The notes below the pieces were generated by a model. The model was not told where the DNA came from, ran no database searches, and saw nothing but the letters and a program-made list of their open reading frames with translations. This document shows, in pieces, positions 27,023 through 37,711 of a DNA stretch of 64,000 nucleotides (position 1 is the first letter of the stretch; every line of letters begins with the position of its first letter). This stretch comes from Phyllosticta citribraziliensis. Its lineage: Eukaryota. A program made the position numbers and the translations under genes. The stretch covers positions 2,046,001 through 2,110,000 of the forward strand of contig NW_027117343.1 of NCBI RefSeq assembly GCF_038025025.1, read 5' to 3'.

Positions 27023-29254
27023 TCACCCACCACCATCTCCTCCCCCAGAATAAGAGGAAGACGAACCGCGATCGGACGGCTGCTCCCGCTGCCGCTGCCG
27101 CTGCCGCTGTCGCTGCCGTCGACTCTCAAGCAGCGCCCTCCACACGCGCAACTGCAGTTTCTTGACGACGACGTCCCCATCTGCATCATCACCACCACCG
27201 CTCTTCAACCTCTCAACATCAGTGTCCGCAGTCCCCATACTCCCCGTACTCCCCGCCTCACCTCCGCCCTCACCTTTCTCCAGCCCCAGCCCCCGAGCAG
27301 ACGAATGCTCCCGCTCCTCCTCCGGCATCCTACCGCCGTCGCGCTGCAAATTCCGCCACGCGCGCTTGCGCTCGATGCGCCCGCCGTCCAGCCACGCCTC
27401 GGCCGCGCGCCGCGACGCGAACTTGCTCCAGTCGACGATGCGGTGCTCGCGCGCCAGGTGCTCGCGGTAGGCGGCTTCGTCGGTGAAAGTGCGTGGGCCA
27501 CCGCCACTCTCGTCATCGTCGTCGTCGTTTTGCTCGTCCCAACACCCCTCTTCTCCGCACGCCCATCCGCGGCCGGCGACGCACACGGCTGCTCCCCTGA
27601 TACCACCACCAGCGCCACTGCCGCCGCCGCCGCCGCCACCTCCACGAACCCAAAACCCATGCCTCTCGTGCGCGTGCGCGCGCAGCTCGGCGCGGCTCTC
27701 GAAGCCGCGGCCCTGCGCCGGACAGGCGGGCTCGGGGCAGTAGTAGGCGTAGCGGGCGGCGAAGCGCTCCCAGCGCTCGGTAGCAGCTCTGCGGCGGCGC
27801 AGGCGGACGAGCAGCTGGGCCGTGTGGTGGATTGCGGCGTCTACGGGGCCGCGCGAGAGGTAGGAGACTGTTGCGGCGAGCATGGCGGCTTTGGTTGCGC
27901 TGCCCGAGGACGAGGGGCGCCAGGAGTCGAGGGGGATGACGCGGCCGATGCCGGGGGAGACGTTGAGGCGGTGGTAGATCGTGGGGTGGGCGTCGTGGGA
28001 GGTGTGGGGAGAGGAGGTGTAGGCGGCAGCTTCGTCTTCGAACCGGTTGAGCATGTGTTCGTGCACTTGCTCCGTCTCGGTTACCAGGTGCCGCATGAAC
28101 TTGAAAGCCGCCAGGTTCTCGAAGAACGGCTCCAGGATCGAGGGGATCTTGGGGCCGCCGGGGATCGCGGCGTTCTCGTCGTCCTCGCCGTTCTCTGAGT
28201 CGTCGTCGTCGTTCCCTGTGGCCCGCCCCGTCCCGATGGAGAGAAGTAGCAGAGGTTTTTGCTCGTGTAGCTGCGTGACTTCTTGAAGTGCAACACTGGC
28301 CGGGTTGTTGGTCCCCAGCCCGCCGTCCTTGAACATGAAGCCCTCGGCCTTGAGCGGCTCAAAGTACGTGGGCGCCGCCGACGTCGCACGAGCCACCTGC
28401 CAGATTGGCATGCGGTGGGCATGGCCCGGGTTGAGGTGCTGGTTGTTGCGCGCCGGAGACGCAAAGGGTGCAGGCGGGAGGTGGTCAAAGGTCCTAAAGA
28501 GATACGGCCGCCAGGTGACGCCCGTCTTGCGCGCGAGGTTCTTGCCGCGGGCGACGACGACGGTGCGGGAGCGCTCGGCGTCGCTCTGGAAGGGAATTGT
28601 CTTCTCGCTGGTGCCCCACTGCTGCATCTCGTCGAGCAGCGCGGCCTTGGTGATGTCCTGCAGTGCCTTCTCCATCCGCGCCGATGCGTACTTGGGCTGC
28701 ACGAGCGACGACGCCGAAACGTACTTGGGTACCAGGCGCGGGTGGCCGAAGACTTGGTTGCCGACGACGTCGTACTGCTTCAGCGCCGTCTCGACGTCCA
28801 GCTCCATGCGGCTCAGCATGATGGCGCTCAGCCCGCCCGTCGAGGTGCCCACGCAGTAGTCGAAGTAGTGGTGCGGCTTGAAGGCAGTGGCTTTGTAGTC
28901 TCCCGAAAACGTCTTGTTGACACTGTCGGCCAGCGTGTCTGCCGGCTCCAATGCTCTTGCTTGCCTCTGGCTCAGGGGCTCAAGTGGCGTCGGGTTCCAC
29001 CCGTAGTCCTCGCTGCTGTTATTGGGTACATAGTACTGCGACCTCTTGGGGTCGGGGTCCGACACGTCTTGGCCTGGGACGAGGCCTCTTTCAATCTGTT
29101 CGATACGGTACATGAGGCGCTTCTGGATGAGCAGCTGCGAGTACCCCTTGATGCCACCACCATCGAGCGACAGGATGGTCTTGCGAGCCCATGGGCTTCT
29201 TTCGTCCGAGTCGGATACGTCAGCTTTTTTGTGAAGCGAGAGAGGTCGAGTCAT
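27023..29254 (-). CDS. Patatin-like phospholipase with two C-terminal C2H2-like zinc fingers; intronless
   Basis: Motifs ILSLDGGGIKG, GTSTGG (catalytic Ser), ARATSAAPTYF and FKDGG (catalytic Asp). Start taken at MTRPLSL (29254). Confidence 0.9.
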   Translation of the reverse strand: MTRPLSLHKKADVSDSDERSPWARKTILSLDGGGIKGYSQLLIQKRLMYRIEQIERGLVPGQDVSDPDPKRSQYYVPNNSSEDYGWNPTPLEPLSQRQARALEPADTLADSVNKTFSGDYKATAFKPHHYFDYCVGTSTGGLSAIMLSRMELDVETALKQYDVVGNQVFGHPRLVPKYVSASSLVQPKYASARMEKALQDITKAALLDEMQQWGTSEKTIPFQSDAERSRTVVVARGKNLARKTGVTWRPYLFRTFDHLPPAPFASPARNNQHLNPGHAHRMPIWQVARATSAAPTYFEPLKAEGFMFKDGGLGTNNPASVALQEVTQLHEQKPLLLLSIGTGRATGNDDDDSENGEDDENAAIPGGPKIPSILEPFFENLAAFKFMRHLVTETEQVHEHMLNRFEDEAAAYTSSPHTSHDAHPTIYHRLNVSPGIGRVIPLDSWRPSSSGSATKAAMLAATVSYLSRGPVDAAIHHTAQLLVRLRRRRAATERWERFAARYAYYCPEPACPAQGRGFESRAELRAHAHERHGFWVRGGGGGGGGSGAGGGIRGAAVCVAGRGWACGEEGCWDEQNDDDDDESGGGPRTFTDEAAYREHLAREHRIVDWSKFASRRAAEAWLDGGRIERKRAWRNLQRDGGRMPEEEREHSSARGLGLEKGEGGGEAGSTGSMGTADTDVERLKSGGGDDADGDVVVKKLQLRVWRALLESRRQRQRQRQRQREQPSDRGSSSSYSGGGDGGG

Positions 29255-30368
29255 TGTGGGGTGTGGCCGGCGACCAGCCGGCGTATGAGAGGGCGGTCCA
29301 GTAGCCTGTGAATCCTTTGATCGAGTCGGTTGGGGTTGAGTGGGGGAGCGTGGCGAGAGGTGAGCAGACCGAGCCAAACATGCAGAGAGGGCGATGCGGG
29401 TGGTCTTTTAACTGGCCAAGTGGTGTGGAGGCCGTCAGTAGGCAATGGAGGACACGGGGCGAGGCTGTATCCTTGGGACCCCAGACGCCACCGCAATTCG
29501 GTCTGCTTGCATGAGCTGATGAACGCTCCTTGGACGAAGACGTCGTTGCAGGGGTTGATGAATGCTCCTTGGACTGACCGAGTCTCTTGACAATGCGCGA
29601 GGAGGCAAATTGCGCCGTCGTGTAAGGAAGGTGAAGGTTTGCAAGATGACGCATGCAAATGGCTGACTTGACATTGGCCATGTGGTTCGCGTATTGTCAG
29701 GAGGCATAAAATTGCCTCGTTGCCTTGCAGGGAATCGCATACCGTCGAGGCCAACATGTTTCGAAGAGCGGCTTTGTCAGGGCGCAGGTGACGATGGCGG
29801 TTGTCCAGATGGTCGGGTGTGAGGCGTGTGAGTGGTCGACGACTGCAGGGATCGAAGGGCGCGAGGCAGCCTGATTGACCCGTCTCTGCCTTGCCGTCTG
29901 CCGTCTGCTGTCAGCCTCGAGCCTTGTCGGAAGAGATGCGCCTACATCTAGGGGCCACTCGTTTGATGCCGTGGGCGACTTGAAGCGGGCGAGATGTCGT
30001 CCGCTACCACAGTCGCGCTGACTTCCACCATCGCAGCCAGACCCACCCACAGCCATCATTTCTTCGGCACCCACTATGCTGCTGATGCCGAACAGGTCGA
30101 CGGCTACCATGCACCAATATCAGTCTGTCGTCCAGTGCTGTCACCGCGTGGCTCAGCACGCCGTCCCCAGGGCGCAGATCCCAGCCAGTCACATAAGCTG
30201 GACACCAACCGCGCTCGCCGCATGACCGAATCCACGGTCAGTATAAGGAGCATCCGAGTCGCCGGCCTCTGGCCTGTCGGCCGTTACCTGCTTCTGTTCA
30301 CCGTACCCCCGTCCACGTGACCCTCTCTTTCACCGGTACCCGACCCGTACCAAACCTCGTCGATGATC

Positions 30369-30924
30369 ATGGACGACGCTCTTTTGCACACGCACTCGCC
30401 CGACGAGTACAGCCACCACAGTAGCCCGTTCCGAGCTGGGTCCTCCCCCAAGACGTCCTCGCAGTCGTCGAGCTGGCTGCACCCCTTCCGCCGCAACAGC
30501 GGCTCCTCGACCTCCAGCCTGCGCGGCAAAAAGGACGAGGTCGTCGTCTTCATACGCTCCACCGACGAAGTCTGCCTCAAGGACCGCGCCGAGGTCCAGG
30601 TCCAAGGTCAGCCCTCCCACCTTCCCTGACTTCCGTTCTTCTCCCCCTCGTTCATATGACTCGTGCTAATACATCCGCGCAGCAGAAAAGACGCCTCCCC
30701 TCAGCACAGTCGACCTCCCGCGGTATCCCTGGGCTGGCGAAAAAGAAGTCTACGTGCCGACGGCTTTTGGCGCCCAGAAGCACGACGCCGGCTCCAAGCG
30801 CTGTTCCTGTTGCGAGTGGGCTGCCACCATCGAGCTCGACAGCATCAGTCCGGGCTTTCGCTTCCGCCGCGTCGCCGGCAACGTGAGGAAATTGTTTGTC
30901 TTTGACAAGCCGATTGAGAGCTAG
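30369..30924 (+). CDS. Small hypothetical protein (~159 aa); exons 30369-30606 and 30683-30924
   Basis: A GTCAGC...GCTAAT...CAG intron joins MDDALLHTHS...DRAEVQVQ to AEKTPPLSTVDLPRYPWAGEKEVYVP...RCSCCEW...LFVFDKPIES*. Codons are biased to G/C in the third position. Confidence 0.6.
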
Positions 30925-31500
30925 ATTTTTCTCTTTTGCCCCGCCGGCCAGCGGCTTGGTTGTATGTCTCGGATTGGTCGTGTACGATATTCTTGCTGGG
31001 TGTGTCGAGCGACAAGAGTGTGGGTTGGCTGGAGTGGAAGGAACAAAAGGCTGAGGTGTTTTCGACAGATGGAGCAAGTGTGAGCTGTGGAAAGCTCAAG
31101 GCCAGACGGGGCAACAAAAGAGCCAGGCACAGGTAATGCAAGAAGCAGTCTGTCTGTCCCTCAACATCGAGCAGACGGAAGCATGCAGAAGGACTGTCAT
31201 TGTTGTTAGTATGCGTGGAAGAATGCGAAGCAGTATGCCTACCTCACGAGCACCGGAAGCAGGAAGAACCTCCAGATGCGTAAACACTGACCTTCACGCC
31301 GAGAGTCAGTTGCGGCGTCGAGCAAAAGAGCCACAGTCAAAATACCTTTTCCCTTCCAATACCATCCATCCTCTTCGTCCACCACCATCCTCTACGCCTC
31401 TGCCCATCAATCTACCAACTCATCCATCAAGCCAGCCAGCTCCAGCGCCTTCCACGGCCAACCAGAATCACCTCCACCACTCGCGCCAATCAGACCAACC

Positions 31501-33477
31501 ATGACCTCCTTCCCCATCCCCAAATGCTGCGCCAACGGAGGCGTACCACCGTCCGACATCTGCATACCGCTCGACCTTCGCGCCCACTCGGTCGTGATAC
31601 CGGCACCGCCGCCGCGCTCTCCGCTGCTGTCCTCCTCCGCCTTGCACGACAGCGTCAACTTTGACGAATGGGTTGATCTGCAGAGTTTGGTTGAGGAGGA
31701 GGGGGAGGAGGATGGAGACAGCAACGTGGACATGGATATGGACATTGCCACCCCGTCTACCGCTGACGAGAGAAACAATGCCGACAGTGGTCAACGCGAC
31801 GATGGCGAAGACGGCGGCGCGCCCAGCACGCCCCCCGACACCACCACAGCAGCGGACACGAACGTCAACACCACTCCCACACCCGCACAAGCCTCGCCGA
31901 TCTCCCCATCTCCCTCGCCATCAGCAACCGCCTGGCACACACACCACCCCATCCTCGAGCTCGAAAACCTCGACCTCCTCGGCGTCCGCCAGCGCCAGCG
32001 CCAGGACCGCGTCCGCTTCGACATCGACCACTACGACCGCCTGGCGCGGGACGACGCGGAGAGGCCGACACACGTCGATCCGAAGGCCGTACTGTGGGCG
32101 TACAAGCCGCCGACGCCGTACGTGGCGGGCCAGGGCGGTGTTGATGCTTTGGTGGAGAGGGAGAGGCAGAGGGCGAAGAGGCGCAGTCTATTGTCGTCGT
32201 TGGCGGCGGCGCCGATGCTGGGAGGTCCTGGCGTGCAGGATGTGTTCGTGGGTCGTGGTGGTATGCGTGGTGGTATGCGTGTGGAAGACGACATGGAAGA
32301 CGACGCGGAACATCTGCGCAGCGAAGAGCAGCAGCAAGAATGGGTGGAAAGCGAGAGAGAAAGGGAAAGGCGGCAAAGACATCTGCACACGATTCAAGCG
32401 CGGACGAACGAGACGGCGTTTCAAGAGAGGCTGAAGCAGCAGCAGCAGCAGCAGGCTCATCAACAAAAGCAACAAGAACAACGAGAGAACCAACAGAGAA
32501 TGGACGAGCAGCGCCAACAGCAGCAAATGCAGACGCCGCCACGCCAGCAGCAGGGCGCATTCCTGCACCGCCGACAGCGGTCAGATCAGTCGTGGGCAAC
32601 GCCGCAGCAGACGACGCCGCACCACCACCACCACCACCACCACCGCCGACAGCGATCAGACCAGTCGTGGGCAACGCCGCAACAGCACGCAACCCCGCAG
32701 ATGGTGAACAACCAGCAGTGCACGCCACACCGCCATCGCCGGCAGCGGTCAGACCAGTCGTGGGCGACGCCGCGGCAGCGGCTGAGTCTGAATGACGAGG
32801 ATGACGATGAAATCGACAAGAAGGCCGGCGAGGAGACGATGCGGCGGCAGAAGGCGATGCGGCCGGTGCTGGTGTATGAGCGCTCGACGTCGAGGTGCGC
32901 GTGGCGGCCGAGGAGTCTTGTCGTTGGTCAGTAGAGTGGTCTTTTCAGCCGCGTCCCATCCCACCCCCTCCCATCATCCCATTATTCCAAACACTTACCG
33001 TCGTCCAAACCCCAACCAGCCGACCAGAGAGCCAGCCAGCTAACACACGCACCCCTCGCAGACAGCGCCCCCAAAGCCATGCACGCAATCCCCATCCCCT
33101 TGCCCACCACCTCCTCCTCCTCGCACTCCACCTCCATCTCCGCAACCCTGACCCCTCTCTTCACGCCCACTCCACACATCCCCACCATCCTCCTGTACAT
33201 CCCGCTCAGCCCGACGCACGCACACACCTACGACAGCACGGGCGGCTTCAAGAGCTGCGCGCGCTGCACGACCGCCGGTCTGCGCGAGTTGCGCCGCGTC
33301 GCTGCGTTGGTGCGGGGCGAGCTCGTGCCGGAGGATTTGGGGTGGGTGTGTTGGCATGGGGCGGGCGAGGCGGTTCTGAGGGAGGTGTGGTGTTTGGAGC
33401 CGCCGGTGGTTGGCGAGTTGGGTGAAGGTGAGGGTGAGGGTGAGAGAGCTGAAGGCCATGCTAAGGGCCAGGTGTGA
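31501..33477 (+). CDS. Low-complexity hypothetical protein (acidic, poly-Q, poly-H, three HRRQRSDQSWATP repeats); exons 31501-32926 and 33062-33477
   Basis: The 477-codon ORF joins the 33079-33477 ORF in frame through intron 32927-33061 (GTCAGT...GCTAAC...CAG). The C-terminus contains CARC and WVCWHG. Confidence 0.65.
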
Positions 33478-35171
33478 AGGGTGCGTGTCGAGTATGACTA
33501 GAGAGAGGAAGACGCGGTGAGAGGAGAGGAGAGGAGAGAAGAGAAGAGAGAAGAACAGAGTCGAAAAGAGAGCGAGAGCGAAAGTGACGACATGCTCTCT
33601 CACGGTACAACAATAACGGAATGAAAGCCGCAGCAGACGGACAACGGCAAAACAGAAACCCATTTGGCCAGGGACGAAAAAGGGAAAGGGAAAGGGGCGG
33701 CGACGAAAAACCGGAACGGCAGCGAGCGAGCAGCCAGCCATGTGTTTTGGCCGGAAAAAAGCCAGTGCAATGTTGGCAGCGAAGAAGGAGAAAAGGGGGG
33801 CCAGGGCAAAACAGGCTAGGGCAGGGTGCGACAGAGACGTCGACGTCTTGAAAAGGCAGATAAGAAAAGGACTAAAAGAACTGGGAGATTGAACAACTTG
33901 AGCCGCGAGAGTTTGAGAGTGCTCTACCTTCTGCATTACCTGATCATCTGGCTTTGTCGACCACCACCCGCCGCCGCAACGGTCCGGTCTGATCTGATGT
34001 TGTCCAGTCTCGTCTCGTCTCGTCCCATGTAGCATGCGTGCATGCATGCATGCATGGGGGGGTGGGTCAAAATCGAAGAAGCGGACGTATCGAGAGAAGA
34101 GATAGGCAAATGCAAGGGACGCAGAAAGACTCTTGGGAGAAGAGAGATATAAGCCGGACGTAGCGTAGCGAAGCGGGCCTGCTTCGACCACACTCCAACC
34201 CCTATTGCCATCATCGCGTATACAACAGCGGCCGGCGGGCTCGCGACATCATCGGCGGGACGGCCCACAGCACGGCCGCGTGGAGCCCGCCACGGCAGTG
34301 CCAGAAAGACAACCATACCCAGGACGGCCTGCCTACCTTCCTACCTGCCCGCGTCTACCATCAAGCGATAGGTAGTAGCATCACTTACATTGGATCACAA
34401 AAGCCTGTTGACAAAGCACGACGACGATTCAATCAAAAATTGAGATTCCCCAAAAAGAAGAACGCAGCCCACCCGCCAACGCCCAGAAACAAAAAAGACT
34501 CCCAAAGAAGGGAAGCAGCGATGGAGACTATGGAAGAAGAAGAAAAAAAGACCAACCGTTTGATAGGACTTACATGCTGGGGAGTGATTGAGTGAGTGAT
34601 TGGGGTGGAAGAGGAGGAAGAAGAGAGAAGAAGAGAAGGAAAGGAAAAAAGTGGGAGTAAGGACAGCCACCTTTTTTTGGTTGAGATAGTATGCCATGCC
34701 GCACGAGCGCCAGTAGTAGAAGTAGTGCGCGGCTTTTCTTACGGTCTCCTCAACGCCACAATCATCATCAGTCTTCCTGCCCGACACGAAGCTGCCAGGA
34801 AACGTGACTAACCGACTGGATGATATCCCCGTCCTTTTTTTCATAAACAATTCAGGCCCGCTTTGTCGTTGCCGTAGTGCTGCGGTGCTGCTTGCTCCAT
34901 GGATGCCGTGCAACTGGTCGAATAAGATAGTCCTCGGCCGTATGTTAGAACAGCGTATTGAGTCTCATCAGTACCAGCAAACTTAGCTGTTCTCAGCTGC
35001 TCCTTGTCCTTGTTCTGGACCATAGTTCATGTTTCGCAATACGCAGGGATTTTGCGGCGTCGAGAGAATGCATCCGGTCCACATCGATTTTTTTCGTAAG
35101 ACGTAGCCCGGGAGCATATGCAAAGAGCTCGTGGGCCTCAGGTGGCTACCCAGCCCGGAACGTGATGATAC

Positions 35172-36672
35172 CTATCCCGTTGAATCCACGACGTCATCTT
35201 GCCCAACCACAACGCCAGTCACAGGGGGCTCGAGCGTGCCAATCACTGTCTCACCCTCTCTGCGAGCTTCGGGATTGAATGCGTACCTGGGCAGCCGGGC
35301 CATCTTCTCTTCCGGACTGAAATCGTTGTCAGAGTACACCAACTTGGTCGGCACCTTGTCCTTTTTCTTTTTGCCCGTCTCGGGCTCCTTCTTCTCCGCT
35401 TCATTGGCTGCTGGAGTGGCGCTCTCTGCTTGCCTACCTGCGCTCGAAATGAGCTCGTCCACAGATGCCTCGAGCCCGGGAATAGAAGATGCAGGTTGGC
35501 CATTCTGAGATGGACGCGCGCCCGGAGCGGCGGGGACGTGGCCCTGATGCATCTGCTGCATTTGGAACTGATTGACTTGCGGTGCTCCAAAGCTTGGACG
35601 CTGCGGGAGGCTGGGAGCTGCAGGCAAGCTGCCCTGTCGTGCCGGCTGCGGAGGGTTGGTTGGAGGCGTGCGGTTTGGCGGATGGTGAGCACCATAGGGA
35701 AAGTTTGCGGGCGGCGATCCCGAGCCTTGGGCGCGAGGAGGACCGGCCTGGAATGGTGCCTGGTAAGGCTGGCCGGATGCTTGCGGGAATTGCTGTCCTG
35801 GAAAGGGGGAAGCGCCAGGAGTTGGAAAGGTTGGAGTGCCATATCCAGGCTGGGGAGGAAAGCCCGAAAGTGGCTGTTGAGGATACTGGTTGTGCGGCGG
35901 GAAGCCTGGCTGCGCGTATGGCTGCGCATATGCTGGTTGTCCCGGACTGCCCTGCTGTGCCGAGTAAGGCATCTGCGGTTGCGGGTACGTTGGCGAACCT
36001 GCCTGCTGCTCATCACTGTCAATTGCCATCTGAAAAAAGGTCGCCTGGGTTGACTTACGAAAGTTGCCGGGCTTTGGACTGGCGCCGGACTCTGACCACC
36101 ATGCGCACCAGTAATGGGCGTCACATCGCCGCTGCTCCCTCCAGCTTCCGCTGCCTTCTTGGCCTTGTGCGCGGCCAGCCGTGCCTTCAAGTCCATCTTC
36201 GACTCGAGTTTGGGTTTCTTTGGAGGTCCAGAGCCGGGAGTGCCGCTGCCCGGAGGAGGGTTGCCAGTGGCGGCGTGGTGTTCTGCTTGCTGTTCGTAGT
36301 ACTGCTGCACGACGCGTTGGTTGTGCGACTGAACCACTTCCTCGGGGACGCCTTCCATTCCAAAAATCTCATATTCCAGACCTGCGCGGCTCGGGATGGC
36401 ATTCTCGACTTGGGTGAGGGATTCCTTGTGGACCTGTGTCATGTGGACATTCAAACCTGGGCTGTTATCAGTCGTGAGGTCAAGCTGTTGAGCTGGACGT
36501 ACTCACCACCTGCAGTATTCAGCCGCCTGCCACATCTGTCGCACTTGAAGTGCTTTGCCTTTTGGTGATTGATGAGAATCTTCAGATCATCAAAGTCGCG
36601 CTCACAATAGTAGCACCAAGGACGCGAGAGAATCTCCTCGACGTCTGGGTGGTGCCTCTTCTTCTTGCCCAT
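35172..36672 (-). CDS. ZNF207/BuGZ-like C2H2 zinc-finger protein; 3 exons
   Basis: MGKKKR...[51 protein letters not shown]...EIFGMEGVP, then a Pro/Gln-rich middle and C-terminal [20 protein letters not shown] (GLEBS-like region). Confidence 0.92.
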
Positions 36673-37711
36673 GTTGACGATTGATAAGTGATTTGGGGTG
36701 AGGAGTTTGACGGCGCAAAGGTCGAGCGGGTGAGGCCGGTGATGGCGATGGACGCAATGGGTGGGACGGTCAAGGGAGAAGGTCTGGAGTGGTTAGGTCA
36801 GGCTCGCGGCGATGTCAAGGCGCGATGAGAAACGCCGGTGGTGACGACGGACCTGGGTTAGTCATGACGCTAGCGTCGCTCGGATCGGAAAAACCCCACT
36901 GCAACCGGATTTTCAACTCACGACGGACCAACTCGACTCCATGCCATCCGACAACCACTCTCAGCAGGGCGTGCTATGGAAATGCGCCAATGACGAGTGG
37001 CGTTGACCTTCAATTGTGAAAGTTGGCTTCTATCAAGCACCCACATGTAGAATATCTCACGCAACAGTATACCGGCTACTTGCTCCACTCGGAGACCCCA
37101 TTCAAGTCCCTTACGGGAGCAGCCTGTCTTCGTTGCGTCTTGTAGCGAGGCAGCGCTGTGGGCTGGAAACATACAGGTGCCTTGCCGACTTCTCTCGCGA
37201 GGAAGACGTAGGGCGCCCAAAAGTTGCAAAAGCAATCCAAAGGACCTTCATAGTTCTCACTTCTTGCTCTGCTTTCAAGAGAAATTTCACAGCAAGTGGG
37301 ACTCCTTGCGTACCTACATGACCAATGGAAAGTGCTTCTTCTCTAACTCCCAAAAGAAGATGGGATGGAATGTTGGTGAAATACGAAGGAATCCATTACT
37401 CGAGCCTCATCGGCCTCCAACTCACCTAGGTATAGTAGAAAGTTAAGAGCGCGACAAGAGGAGACATTTTTACAAGGAGACAATGAAAGTGAGAAAAGGA
37501 CAGGTAAAAATACGCCAGGCCACCGTGGAAGCCTCTCAGTGCTAGCAAGACGGACACAAAGGAAGGGAGCCGAGAGTTCCGTCTGTCTCCATATCAACAC
37601 AACCGCCCATCCACCCAACACGGGTAGGATATTTTATTCATGCGCAAACTCCAATCCCGCCACTCAATTCCCAAAACCAGAGTACGCCTTTCGCATTCAA
37701 GTCGTACGATT

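Noticed and set aside
35243..36454. 403-aa ORF as a single-exon gene
   Set aside because: It reads through the ZNF207 intron at about 36006-36058 into the wrong frame. The spliced frame gives the conserved C-terminus.
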